DNA from: Octopus sinensis
Taxonomy: Eukaryota
DNA length: 64,000 nt
Direction: 5' to 3'
NCBI RefSeq assembly: GCF_006345805.1
Contig: NC_043008.1
Coordinates: forward strand, 51,646,001 to 51,710,000
The position numbers and the translations under genes were made by a program. Positions 51,514 to 64,000 of the stretch are shown one piece after another. The number at the start of each line of letters is the position of its first letter. Position 1 is the first letter of the stretch. Under the pieces are notes generated by a model that saw only the letters and a program-made list of their open reading frames with translations, was not told the origin of the DNA and made no database searches.

Positions 51514-51573
51514 CTGGCTCTTGGAGAAATTTTGCAGAATTCACTGTGTGGTAATCATTTGAGCTTGGTCTTC
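51514..51573 (-). CDS. Weak candidate host exon (GRPSSNDYHTVNSAKFLQEP)
   Basis: Acceptor TTGTCTTTAAACAG and donor CAG|GTGATA. 60 nt, phase 1-1, open, and in frame with 6735-6821. Confidence 0.3.
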
Positions 51574-51783
51574 CTGTTTAAAGACAACTTCTTTGCATAA
51601 TTTCTGGTGACACTGAAGGATCACAGAACATTCTCTAACAGGATATATACAGAGAGAGTTTACAATTTATAGGAAAAATCCAGGATTAATTTCAGGATAG
51701 TAAGTCATATTTAGCAGAAAATAGGAAAATTGAATAAGGTGACGAACGCTCAGGATGGTGTTAATCCAATTATATCTTGAAGT

Positions 51784-51868
51784 CTTCTACATATGTTTCG
51801 ATGGATGCACTCCAAAACTGTCTGACAGGATAAATTATGGTCAGCAATGCATCAGTCTTGTCAGGAAG
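51784..51868 (-). ncRNA. Hammerhead ribozyme relic (core G-to-A change)
   Basis: CTTC CTGACAA GACTGATGCAT..GTGCATCCATC GAAAC ATAT GTA GAAG, with perfect stem I and palindromic stem III. Confidence 0.6.
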
Positions 51869-52382
51869 GTTATAACAAACTCGACAAACAGACATGTTAA
51901 CAGAAATAGAAAGTTTTATAAATTATAACGCATTTATATTCATATGCACACATGCATTCACCCACTCAAATATGTGACATGTATATATAAACACTATATA
52001 CTTACAAAAACAAATGTATACAAACACATACACATGCATTAAAATACAGACACATACACCAGGCTCCAATCTGATCTGGCAATGTTTCTACAGCTGGATG
52101 CACTTCTTAATGCCAGCCACCCCCAGAGTGTAGTAGGTGCTTTTTATGTGCCACCAGCACAGGAGCCAGCCAGGCAGCTCTGGCATCGATCAGATTCAGA
52201 TAGTGCTTCTTACGTGCCACTGGCATGGGGGCCAGTCAGTGGGTACATGTATATACAAATACATATACATATATACAAATATATACAAATATATATATAT
52301 ATATATATGCATACATACATATCTATATTCATATATGTTTTATAAACTTTTTATATATAAACATATACATAAATACATACAA

Positions 52383-52752
52383 AGGCACAGGAGTGGCTGA
52401 CTGGTAAGAAGCTTGCTTCTCAACCACATATTTCTGGGTTCAGTCCCACTGCATGGCACCTTGGGTGAATGTCTTCTACTATAGCTTCAAGCCAACCAAA
52501 GCCTTGTGAGTGGATTTGGTAGATGGAAACTGAAAGAAGCGCATCATATATATATATGTATGTATGTATGTATTTGTTGTTTGTGTCTCTGTTTGTCCCT
52601 CTAGCATCGCTTGACAACTGATGCTGGTGTGTTTATGTCCCCATCACCGAGTGGTTCAGCAAAAGAGACCAATAAAATAAGTACTAGGCTTACAAAGAAC
52701 AAGTCCTGAGGTCCAGAATGGCCATATATAAATGATTGAAACAAGTAAAAGA
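52383..52752 (+). mobile_element. SINE family A, older copy
   Basis: Head, microsatellite and tail are homologous to the 13503 copy. Confidence 0.85.
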
Positions 52753-53877
52753 ATATAGATACAGGCAAACAGACATACATATATATTCAAATAAATACAT
52801 ACTTATGCTGGGATATACTTGCAAACATATGCATGTGTATCTCTACACATATATTCTTACTTGTTCTTGCAGCAACGACATAGAATCATACTTACGCTAA
52901 AATATATGTTTACAATCACGTACTTATACACATAAACAAACAATTATATACATACACAAGAGCATACACATCCCAAAACATTGATTGACCCAAACACATA
53001 ATTGTATACACATACACACACTTATTTAAACACATACAGATTATTGTTCATTCACAAAATATTTACATACAAACAGTGGACGCTAGGAATTTAAAATGGG
53101 GTTATTGGAACAAACTAGATATTGTGAGAGAAGGAGATGTATAGAAAGATAGGAAGGGGGAAAGAAAGGAAAGATAAAACAAAGTAAAAGAAAAAGGGAG
53201 AGAGAGTGGGGAGAGGAAGGGGCAAATTGTAAATATAAAAAAGTGAATTTAAAGAAAGGCAAGAAGGGAAGAGGGAAGAAAACTTATGGCAAGTAAGATA
53301 GAAGGAAAACAAAAAATTTAAAGAAAATTTGCATAAATTATTATTAGGTTATGGGAAGAAATTATTTGAAAGAACTAAAAAAGTGTTAATTCATACATTT
53401 GTAAACTCACTATCTCTCTCATAAGCATATATAATATAACTACACATATACTAGTATATATATATAGTTTTGTTTCTAAAATTACAAACCTTGCTCCAAA
53501 TCACAATTACTTTAAAAAAACTTCCTTTTAAATTTATTGAACTAAAATCAGTTTAATTTTATTATAACAAATCAATATTATATGATTTCTTCATTGTAAA
53601 ATCACATGACCTAATAATAAGCAGGATGTTGGGTTAATAATCATAAGTTTATAGGTTCAATTCCTCGATTGGACAATGCATTATATCATTTTATGCTTCA
53701 TTTCATGTCACTCCAGACTATTCAGATGAAAATAGGTACGAGTTTATAACTGGTACTTTTTTCCAGCTGAGTTCAGTGGAGCGTAGCATTGGTGCTACCT
53801 TCTTTCTCTCTAGCTGTCACATTCATGTTGCTACACTATATTAAGGACAGGAGGTTTCACAGGGTGTCTATGTTTAC

Positions 53878-53895
53878 CTGTGCATACATAAAAAT
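53878..53895 (-). CDS. Weak candidate micro-exon (DFYVCT)
   Basis: Acceptor CTTTTGCCATTTGTTTCAG and donor CAG|GTAAAC. 18 nt, phase 1-1. Confidence 0.25.
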
Positions 53896-54724
53896 CTGAA
53901 ACAAATGGCAAAAGTATGTTACATGTTACCAGGTCATATTCACTTGCCAATGACAGCTCTGCTTTATTTCTATGTCATAATGAAATACTGTAAACTAATT
54001 ATAAACTCTGATAATGAATTAAGGACTTGATTACACATATAAGGATTATAAAGATTTGAGTTTATTTAAAGTATTTAGTCTGAAGGCAAGTATGGCTATG
54101 TGATTGAGAAGCTTATTTTACAAGTATATGGTTTTGTGTACAATCTCATTTTGCAGTACCCTGTACAAATATTTCTTTATTCTAACCTGATGAGGACTAA
54201 TCTTGGACAAAATTTCATAGAAAGAAACTGAGTTTAAACCCACCAGAGAGAGCACTTTTGTTTCTGAGTAAACCTTTCTCTCATTTTAATGATTTTGGGG
54301 TACCTTTAGCAGAGTTCACTCTATTACAAGCAAACATGACCCTCTAGTCCCTTGGTATCTTTAATAATAATCCACTTTATTGCAAATAAATATCACCACT
54401 TGGTCTTTGAGTACCTCTAGCATAGTCCACTCTGCTGGTAGGAGTTTGGTCAAGGTATCTGGTCTAACAATAAATATTTTTCCCTTTCTTCCACTAGTTT
54501 TAGTGGCTTTGAAAGATCATAAAGCTCTTTCCACCAAAAATAAATAAATAGATATTATAAAAACTTGAAATAGATTTCAATTTCTATATCTATCTTTACT
54601 TCTTTTTCTTTCAGATCATTTAAACTACTAAAGTTATTTTGTTATTACACATCTTTCCTAAGAGACATCCAAATTATCAACTTCCTTTTCTCCTTACATT
54701 TACTGAAATCTTTTTCACTACATG

Positions 54725-54770
<46 letters not shown>

Positions 54771-54784
54771 TATTGAGAGAGAGA

Positions 54785-54956
54785 GATGAATTCATGATCT
54801 TCGAACATGAATTCAACTGATTTAACATAGTTACAAATCCACAGAATATAAATATTTACATTGATTCTGCTACTATTCAGTTGTAGCAGAATCAATGCAA
54901 ATATTTTGTTAAATCAGTTGAATTGTCCTTTATGTTTGAAGTTCATGAATACATCT
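54785..54956. repeat. Imperfect inverted repeat (MITE-like or fold-back)
   Basis: AGATGAATTCATGATCTTCGAACAT..AATTCAACTGATTTAACA versus TGTTAAATCAGTTGAATT..ATGTTTGAAGTTCATGAATACATCT. Confidence 0.6.
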
Positions 54957-55563
54957 GACAAAACGGTTTCTTTTTAATGATGTAATGCTTTCATTAAACA
55001 ATTAAAGGAATCAATGGAAATGGCTGTAATGGATTGACACCTTACCTCTTTGTTACTCACTTATATTCTATTCACCTATCCTGGAATCTGCATTTTATAA
55101 ATATTATAGACAGTATTTTTGATATCAAGTACATGTCTGAATAGCTAAGAGCAGTTTTCCTCACTTATCTGGGTCTAATTATCTGCAAGAATTGACCAAT
55201 TAAGTTGTAGGGTTGAGTTTGACTTCACCCTACTACACTTAGGGGTATTAGGATTAGGTTTCTGTCAATAAGCAACAAATAGTAACATTGCACTAAGGTT
55301 TTACCTAACTTTTTTGCATTGATATACTTATGTATTAAATCTCCCCTAACAGATTCAATTTCAGTTATTTCTGCCAACTCCTTTAATAATGCTATATCTA
55401 TTAAATAGCAGTTAGCCTGTAACTTCTGACCCCTGTGACATGGACCATACCATTAAACTCACCACACAACATATTACCCTTGCTATTTCCCCCAGTATAA
55501 TGTAAACATGATGTAAACTGCAGCCTGTGGAAATTTCTCCTGAGAGTGACTTTATTTATTTAC

Positions 55564-55596
55564 CATAAGATGTAATACCAAGAATTATAATAGCAC
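55564..55596 (-). CDS. Weak candidate exon with signal-peptide-like hydrophobic stretch (xAIIILGITSY)
   Basis: Acceptor ACTTCATTTTAAG and donor ATG|GTAAAT. 33 nt, phase 1-1. Confidence 0.25.
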
Positions 55597-55886
55597 CTTA
55601 AAATGAAGTTCTTACCATTCCTTTCTATTCCATTATTTTTATTTCATCTCACTCTATTATCTTAATTTACTTTCCCACATGTCAGTTTTCTAACATGTGG
55701 ACTCTCTGAAGAAGCCTTGGGGCTCAACTATTGTCCAATCCCTGTCCAATGTTTGTTCATCCCTGTATATCACTGACGTGATGAGGATAACTTGGGAGAT
55801 TTGGCAGCCTCATGGTAGAAATGGCTGTAAGAGTTTAGTATTTGTACACTCATCTATTATTATTCATTTATTTATATTTATATATA

Positions 55887-56100
55887 TAAAGTTAATCCAA
55901 ACAAGAAAGCACAAAAAACACAACAATGCGAGGATGTGGAACAAATATAGTATTATTGGACACTCAGGAAAGAAGGAAAGAAGGAGGGTTTAACGTTTCA
56001 AGCGGAGCTCTTCGTCAGAAATGTAGGAGAAGGAAAGATCCAGAGAAAGGAAGACAGAGGGAAAAAAATTGCCAACGGTACACACAAGGTCACATTTTGA
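55887..56100 (-). mobile_element. Short Penelope-like terminal element
   Basis: Same family as 32580-32792 and about 35790-35910. Confidence 0.65.
55989..56021 (-). ncRNA. Minimal hammerhead ribozyme
   Basis: TTT CTGACGA AGAGC-TCC-GCTT GAAACGTT AAA, with palindromic ACGT stem III (dimer type). Confidence 0.6.
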
Positions 56101-56209
56101 AAGACCGGAAGGAAAAGGGTGAAGAAAGATGTTTTCAAAGACAGGAGAATGGTAAAGGGGGAATGTATGTGTAAGTGTGGATATGTGCGTGCACGGAGGT
56201 CTGCGTATA

Positions 56210-57480
56210 TAGGGTGCTTTTTACAGGCAACCGGCACTGGTGCCAGGGGGGTGCTGGCAGTGGCCATGATCGGTTGGTGCTTATTATGTGCCACCAGCAC
56301 AGAAGCCAGTCAAAACAGCGCTGGCATCGGCCACATTCGGATGGTGCTTTTTACGTGCTACCGGCACAGATTTCATAACTACAATTTCCATTTGATATTT
56401 ATTTTGATATTGATATTGATGTTGATGTACTTGACTCAATAGGTCTCCTCAAGCAAAGCAGGTCACTCTACGATCCAAGGTAGGCACAGCAGGACGTTCT
56501 GCAATCCAAGGTACTTTGAATGGGCTGGGGCTATACGAAACTGGTGCAGGAAGCAGCTTGGGTCTTTGCAGTCACTGCATATCTACAGAGATCATGGTCC
56601 TTTGTCATTGCCTCTGTGAGGCCCAATGCTCAGAGGTCATGCTTGACTACATCATCCCAAGTCTTCCTGGGTCTACCTCTACCCCAGATTCCTTCAACTG
56701 TTTGGGGGTGGCACTTCTTCACACATCTCTCCTCATCCATCCGCAGTACATGACCATACCATTGCAAGCGTCTCTCTTGCATGCCACATCTGATGCTTCT
56801 TATGTCCAGCATTTCTCTCAGGGTGCTTACATTCTGTCGTGTGTGCACACTGACATTACACATCCAGCGGATCATGTTAGCTTCATTTCTTTCAAGTCTA
56901 CGTATGCCTTCTGCAGTCACAGCCCATGTTTCACTACCATGAAGCAAAGTTTACTGCAAACCGCCATGTTTCACTACCGTGAAGCATGGCGGTTTGCACA
57001 TATGCATCATACAATCTACCTTTCACTCTGAGCGAGAGACCCTTTGTCACCAGTAGGGGAAGGAGCTTTCTAAACTTTACCCAGGCTATTCGTATTCTAG
57101 TGGTGACACTCTCTGAGCATCCACCTCCACTACTAACTTGGTCACCTAGGTAGCGGAGACTATCAACTACTTCTAGTTTCTCCCACTGGAGTGTGATGGA
57201 ATCTGTTTTCTGAGCATCTGTGGTGTCTATTGCCCCTGTGCATCTGCCGCACATGAAAGCTATCTTATCAGTTAATTTTCCCTTGATGATGCTGCACCTC
57301 TTATGCGTCCATAGCTTACACTGGGTACATCTTATGGATTTTCTACCTACACCTTTCCTACAGATCGAGTAGGGCCACCTGCCCAAGGGTGTGTGTGATG
57401 AGTTCACCTTTCTGCTTACTATAACTTTGGTCTTTGCTACATTTACTCTTAGGCCCTTTGATTCTGAACCTTGCTTCCAC
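56210..57480 (-). mobile_element. RTE LINE fragment
   Basis: ORFs 56934-57542 (GLRVNVAKTK, CTQCKLWTHKRC..CGRC) and 56630-56947 (RLQWYGHV..GRGRPRKTW). Confidence 0.88.
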
Positions 57481-57658
57481 AAAGCACCCACTACACTCAC
57501 GGAGTGGTTGGCGTTAGGAAGGGCATCCAACTGTAGAAACACTGCCAGATCAGACTGGAGCCTGGTGCAGCCACCTGGCTTCCCAGACCCCGGTCAAACT
57601 GTCCAACCTGTGCTAGCACGGAAAACGGATGTTAAACGATGATGATGATGATGATGAT
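57481..57658 (+). mobile_element. RTE 3' terminus, opposite in orientation to the adjacent fragment
   Basis: AAAGCACCCACTACAC..GGCGTTAGGAAGGGCATCC..GTTAAAC(GAT)n. Confidence 0.8.
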
Positions 57659-57824
57659 ATATATATGTATATATATATATATCTGTTTATGTATTTATTG
57701 GCTTATTTTATTTGGTTACTTGGATCACTTACACATATGTTTGTAATCAATTAATAGATAGATATAATGAATGCTTACTGGCTGATGTATGTCGATTGTT
57801 TATCCTCTCCATTTTCTTATTTGC

Positions 57825-57857
<33 letters not shown>

Positions 57858-58281
57858 TGATAACACTATTATCTTCAACTGAATACCAACGCAAGATGCT
57901 TATCTGAATCAGTTCACTTGGAAAACGTCATGAGTGACAGGCCCTTAGTGAAATTGCAAATTTGCATACAAAGCAATGTGCAGTCACTGCAGTCGAAATA
58001 TATGTAGATCAGATATATGCCGTAGAAAACTTTTAAATAAAGAAGTTTCGGACATGAATAGAATATCCACTCACCTCTTCATCATCAATGTTATTAAATA
58101 CTCTCCGAAATATGTACAGTTCTGAATAGGAATATGGAATTACTCAATCAGTGAAGTTACCAGTTTCAGTATCTCTTTCTAAGCTTGAGTACTATATAAT
58201 GGAACATTGTGGATAGAAAGCATCTAAACCAATTTCAGAGGTAATAAGGTATCTGCCAGGATAACTTAACCCTTATATACA

Positions 58282-58342
<61 letters not shown>

Positions 58343-58347
58343 TTCTT

Positions 58348-58418
<71 letters not shown>

Positions 58419-58446
58419 CCTCCCTCCCTCTCTTTCTCCATATATA

Positions 58447-59506
58447 TCATCATCATCATCGTTTAATGTTCGCTATCCATGCTAGCATGGGTTGGACGAT
58501 TTGACTGAGGACTGGCGAGCCAGATGGCTGCACCAGGCTCCAATCTGATCTGGCAGAGTTTCTACAGCTGGATGCCCTTCCTAATGCTAACCACTCCGAG
58601 AGTGTAGTGGGTGCTTTTACATACCACCAGCATGAGGGCCAGTTAGGCAGTACTGTCAATGGCCACACTCAAATGGTGTTCTTTATGTGCCACCCGCACA
58701 GGAGCCAGTCCAGCGGCACTGGCAACGACCTTGCTCGAATATTTTCCCCATGCCACCAGCACAAGTGGCAGTAAGGCAATGCTGGTGATGATCACACTCA
58801 AATGGTGCTGTTTACATGTCACCGGCACGGAAGCCAGTTTGCTGCTCTGGCAACGATCATACTCTGATGGTGCCCTTAGTGCTCCACAAGCATGGATGCC
58901 ACTCATCGAATTCGATTTCGATTTCGATTTCACTTGCTTCAACAAGTCTTCGCAAGCAGAGTTTAGTGTCCAATGAAAGAAAGGTACTCATAAGTGGGCT
59001 GGTTACACCAATGGCATAGGCCATGAGGTTATGGTCTCACTTGGCTTGCTGGGTTTTCTCAAGCACAGCATATTTCCAAAGGTCCCAGTCACTAGTCATT
59101 GCCTCAGTGAAGCCTAATGTTAAAAAAATCATGCTTTACCACCTCATCCCAGGTTTTCCCGGGTCTACCTCTTCCACAGATTCCCTCCACTGCTAGTGCG
59201 TGGCACATTTTCACACAGCTATCCTCATATCCATTTTCACCACATGACCATACCAGCACAATCGTTTCTCTTGCACACCACATCTGATGCTTCTTAGGTC
59301 CAACTTTTCTCTCAAGGTACTTATACTCTGTCAAGTATGCACTCTGACTTTACAAATCCATTGGAGCATACTGACTTCATTCCTTGCAAGCTTACGCATG
59401 TCCTCAGCAGTCACAGCCCATGTTTCACTGTCATGTAGCATGGCTGTTTGTACACATGCATCATACAGTCTACCTTTTACTCTGTGCAAGAAGCCCTTTG
59501 TCACCA

Positions 59507-59507
<1 letters not shown>
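58447..59507 (-). mobile_element. RTE LINE, 5'-truncated copy
   Basis: KGRLYDACVQTAMLHDSETW, GRGRPGKTW, 3' UTR and (CAT)n tail. Confidence 0.88.
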
Positions 59508-59559
<52 letters not shown>

Positions 59560-60519
59560 TATATATAAAGTTCAGCTAAACCAGAAAGTATTAGTTAGTA
59601 AATAGGGAGGGTACATTCCTAAAAATGAACAGCACATCTCTTTAAGAGATTAGTAGGTGGAAATCCAGCAAGTAATAATTAAAATATATATATAATCTAG
59701 CTCAACAGGGCATTGCAGAACATAAAAAACTATGATATTTAAGCAAGCGTCAGAAGATGTCATTGAAAGATTTACTTTCCCTTGGTCTAGAGGAAAAGAG
59801 GAAAACAAAGATGTTATAACAGCCGATGGATCATCATTATCTCCATTTTAGTCTAAAGAAGACTAGATAAATATAACCAGGAAATGTACTAGAAGACTTT
59901 GCACTTAATTTGCATGACTATTATCCTTTCTGTCCTTTTCATTATTTTTGAATGGAAAATGTTGAAATGACCTAAAGTTTTTTTCTTCATATGGAACACC
60001 CATCAGTTGATTAGGAGGTCTGGCTCTTTTACTTATTTCTTTTTTTTTGTTTTTTGTCTCTCTGTGGTTAGTCGTAAGTCACATCCACCAATGGAATGAA
60101 GCTATTTGATTGGTGTAAAGCAGTGTCCTTAAGGTCAGTTAATCTGGCATGCAGAAACTTATCAATGCAATGGCTGAGGATGCATCCACAATGGAACTAA
60201 GAAAACATTCGAATTTATAATTATTAAGAGCAAACTTAAGTAAAATGATATGAATATGGAAAATTGTTACCTAATGATGGTGTGCAGAGTAGAAACATAT
60301 GTTGTGAGACATTAATGAAACCTGTGGATTTCTATCCACGTTTTATTGTTGCTTTTATTATATTTATCCTAAGCTGAAAGGAGTTCCATGTGTATACTCG
60401 TACTATTGGATTATCCTGGGAAATGGAATTAACAGGTGATAACTGACAAGAGGCATAGGGGCATTTTAAGAAGTACACATTGCAAAGTATTTGCCAAAAC
60501 TAAGCTAAATGGAATAGAC

Positions 60520-60672
60520 TCCATGAAATGCCAGGTGGGAAAACTAGAAGTAGTTGATAGCTTCCATTACCTAGGTGACCAACTCAGTAGTGGATGTGGA
60601 TGCTCCAAGAGTGTAGCTGCTAGAATAAGAATAGGCTGGGCAAAGTCCAGAGAGCTCCTACCTCTGTTGGTA
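60520..60672 (+). mobile_element. RTE ORF fragment
   Basis: [32 protein letters not shown]. Confidence 0.8.
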
Positions 60673-61559
60673 AAAAAGTATTTATAATACTCGTAAATAA
60701 ATGGCAATAAAACAACAGCAGAATGTAAAGAATATTTTATGTAAAGAAAAAAGAATGTCAAGATCATTTATAATAAAAAATAGTTTTTATCATAATCGTT
60801 TTCTGAATCACTCTCACTCTCAATAGACTCATGCATACCGTCACTTGTAGACATGATTGCTAATTCACAAGACAGTCTTGTAGATTTCTTTTTAAGAAAC
60901 AAGTCTAGAGTTGTTTGCTGAGAAGAAGCTTTTTTTTTTTTTGCTGTCTATAAATTTCTTGGTAACATGCAGAAACATTTGTTATGATAGTAGAAACATT
61001 TGCATTTCATTCAACATCTGGATCTTGTGCTTGAAAAATTTCAGCTCACCACACAAAAGTGAGCTAAAAAATAAAACTCATAAACCCAGGGTCTCGTAAA
61101 ATGAGTCCTCGTATAGTGAGGTATTACTGTGTGTGTATATATATATATTTGATATATGCATGCAGATATAAAGATATTCACATACATATACGTACCGAAA
61201 TATACACAGTCACAACCACACCCACACACAAGCACATATATGTATACATGTATTCACAAACATATTTTTATACATACATATGTATAAGTGTGTGTACATA
61301 CATGCACATATGCACCTATATAAGCATACAAAAAATATGCATAAACTTACATACACATTCACCTATATATTATTATAAACCCTGCATCCAAACAGCAAGC
61401 CATTAATCTGACTATCAGTTGAATCGCTCAACTATCCATCAACAGATATGTACCAATACATAAATATATGCACAATACATATTTACTCACAAATGTAGAG
61501 AACTCATGGGAGAAGAAGATTCCACCGATTTTGATCTGAAAGAGGGACTAGCAATCTGA

Positions 61560-62797
61560 AGGGACAGAAGCGTTGTAGAGAAAACCATGAAGGATATGAA
61601 GACAGAGAAAGTCCCAATTCAACAGGAATCACCACTGCGATGCTTAAAATATCTGGCAGCGTGTGTTATGATTTAGTCACCTGTATAATTAATCAGGTGG
61701 TACACGAAGGAGTCATACCCAATGACTGGTGTAGCAGCACCATAGTCAACTGCTACAAATGTAAAGGTGACACCTTAGAAATAATTACAGAGGTATCAAA
61801 TTGTTGGATCAGGTGACAAAAGTCACAGAGGGGATCACAGCCCAACCAGTTAGGTAGAGAGTTTGTCTAGATGAGATGCAGTTTGGTTTTGTGCCATACA
61901 GAAACACCATTAATGGTGGTGAGCTGACAGAAATATTAGCATGCCGGGCGAAATGCTTAGCGGTATTTCGTCTGCCGTTACGTTCTGAGTTCAAATTCTG
62001 CCGCGGTCTACTTCCCTTTCATCCTTTTGGGGTCGATAAATTGAGTACAAGTTGCATACTGGGGTCGATCTAATCGACTTATTCCCTTTGTCTGTTCTTG
62101 TTTGTCCTCTCTGTGTTTAGCGTCTTGTGGGCAATAAAGAAATAAGAAATATTAGCATGCCGGGCGAAATGCTTAGCAGTATTTCGTCTGCTGTTACGTT
62201 CTGAGTTCAAATTAAGTCCCAATTATGCACTGGGGTCAATGTAATCGACTTAATCCCTTTGTCAGTCCTTGTTTGTCCCCTCTATGTTTAGCCCCTTGTG
62301 GACACAAAAGAAGTAAGAAACACCATTAATGCTATATTTCTGGTAATACAGCTGCAGGAGAAATACCTAGCCAAAGATAAACCTCTGTACTTGGCTTTTG
62401 TTGACATGGAGAATGCCTTTGACAGGGTCTCCAGTCTCTTACCTGATGGACAACGCAAAAACTAGGGATAGATCTGTGGCTTGTGAGAGCTGTACATGTC
62501 ATGTACAGGAATGCTGTCAGTAAGGTGAGGGTTTGCAACAATTATAGTGATGAATTCAGGGTACAAGTAATGATTCACCAAGGGTCAGTCTTCAGCCTCT
62601 TCTTGTTTATCATAGTCCTCCAGACAATAACAGAGGAGTTTAAGATGAGCTACCATGGGAGCTCCTCTACGTTGATGACCTTGTTCTTATAGCTGAATCA
62701 CTACCAGAACTAGAGAAGAAATTTCAGGTGTGGAAGCAAGGTCTGGAATTGAAGGACCTTAGAGTTCACCTAGCAAAAACCAATGTCTTAGTAAGAA
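61560..62797 (+). mobile_element. RTE reverse-transcriptase fragment interrupted by a SINE
   Basis: IPNDWCSSTIVNCYK, MQFGFVP, FVDMENAFD and HQGSVFSLFLF. Confidence 0.85.
61915..62315 (+). mobile_element. SINE family B, dimeric insertion with a 15-bp TSD
   Basis: TSD AGAAACACCATTAAT at 61900-61914 and 62316-62330, enclosing two tandem SINE bodies. Confidence 0.88.
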
Positions 62798-63409
62798 TGA
62801 GTACAATGTGCATCCTTCATCACTGTGGACCTGGTTGATCTATTGACTTATAGGGCTTGTGGCCCTTTGTAACACATCATGATATCTTTTAATGCTATTT
62901 CAGTGTTTCTGTAAACACAGACACACATACACATGTGTAGTAACACATGTGAATGCATGTATTTTTGTACATGTGTGTTGATGTGTACATGTACATACAT
63001 GTTTACATACATGTATATTTGTGTGTGTTGACCATTTTGTGTGTATATGCATGCATATATTTATATGTGTGTATGCTTTTATTTCAGTGGTAATAGTGAT
63101 GGTGGTGGTGGTGGCGGTGGCAGTGGCAGTGGCAGCAGTGGTGGTCATTGTCATAGTGGTGGTGGTGGTGCTGATAATGATGATGATGTATCACTTAAGA
63201 AATTTTCTATTTTTCTGTTGTCAGCTTTCTGATTTACACACTGTTTTCCTTTTGTGTGTGTGTGTGTGTGTTAGTATGGCTATGGAATGGCTATGTTGAG
63301 GACAGTGGTAGAGAAATTTTGGCCATAATAATTAAAGTAATTCTCTCTATGACCTTAACATTAACACAGCATTAACAGTAATATTAATATCAATATCAAG
63401 ATTAAGAAG

Positions 63410-63950
63410 GGCAAGTGAGCTGGCAGAATCATTAGCACAGCGGGCAAAATGCTTAGCGCTATTTTATCTGCTGTTACATTCTCAGTTCAGATTCACTGAG
63501 GTCAACTTTGCCTTTCATCTTTTCGAGGTCGATAAATTAAGTACCAGTTATGCAGTGGAGTTGATGTAATCGACTTAATCTGTTTGTCTGTCCTTGTTTG
63601 TCCTCTCTGTGTTTAGCCCCTTGTGGGCAATAAAGAAATAGGTATTTCGTCTGCCATTACATTCTGAGTTCAGATTTTGCCAAGGTTGACTTTGCCTTTC
63701 GTCCTTTTGGGGTTGATTAAATAAGTACCAGTTACAAACTGGGGTAGATGTAATCGACTTAATCCCTTTGTTTGTCCTTGTTTATTCCTTCTATGTTTAT
63801 CCCCCTATGGGCAATAAAGTAATATATATTACGATTAAGATTAACCTTGCTTTCATCCTTTCAGTGTTCATAAGTACCAGTTAAACACTGGAGGTCAATG
63901 TAATCGACTTACCCCTCCCTTGAAATTGCTGGCCTTGTGCCAATATTTGA
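63410..63950 (+). mobile_element. SINE family B tandem copies
   Basis: Two tandem bodies plus a partial third (AAGTACCAGTTA..GTAATCGACTTA). Confidence 0.82.
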
Positions 63951-64000
63951 AATCAATTAATGACTCAATATGAGTGGGTGTTGTGAACAAATTTGATAAT

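Noticed and set aside
52861-52896. 36-nt minus-strand exon-like segment with AG/GT boundaries
   Set aside because: It has a stop in phase 1, so it is incompatible with the neighbouring candidate exons, and there is no other support.
54187-54215. CTGATGAG hammerhead-like start
   Set aside because: No properly placed GAAA or paired stems, and it lies in a decayed SINE A head.
57925-58120. Two or three hammerhead-like half motifs (GAAATATATGTA, TGATGA..GAAAC)
   Set aside because: The cores are incomplete and the stems do not pair convincingly, so these are at most heavily decayed relics.

Overview
Repeat-dense, AT-rich animal DNA with many (TA)n, (CA)n and (CAT)n tracts and a 100-N assembly gap at 20108-20207. 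The SINE and RTE families suggest an octopod cephalopod, which is an inference and was not checked. No intact long ORF is present, and most ORF-track entries are microsatellite artefacts. The window looks like introns of a minus-strand host gene: two well-supported small exons (6735-6821 and 1746-1788) splice into a transmembrane helix, and three weaker upstream micro-exon candidates exist. The rest is transposon debris: a near-complete decayed RTE LINE with many fragments, a CR1/L2-group LINE with a CCCH-finger ORF1, two tRNA-derived SINE families, Tc1, mariner and maT remnants, a 3.7 kb Helitron and Penelope-like (GIY-YIG) remnants. The main hidden signal is a set of small, often fold-back, non-coding elements inside (TA)n tracts. 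They carry type I hammerhead ribozymes (about 8 near-canonical and about 6 decayed), including a 476-bp retrozyme-like unit with two perfect copies. Several of them share a second, unassigned structured motif. Other notable points are a covarying 3' stem-loop shared by a SINE and the CR1-like LINE, and tandem pseudoknot-like units in the RTE 3' UTR. All coordinates were read by eye, so ends of decayed repeats are approximate.
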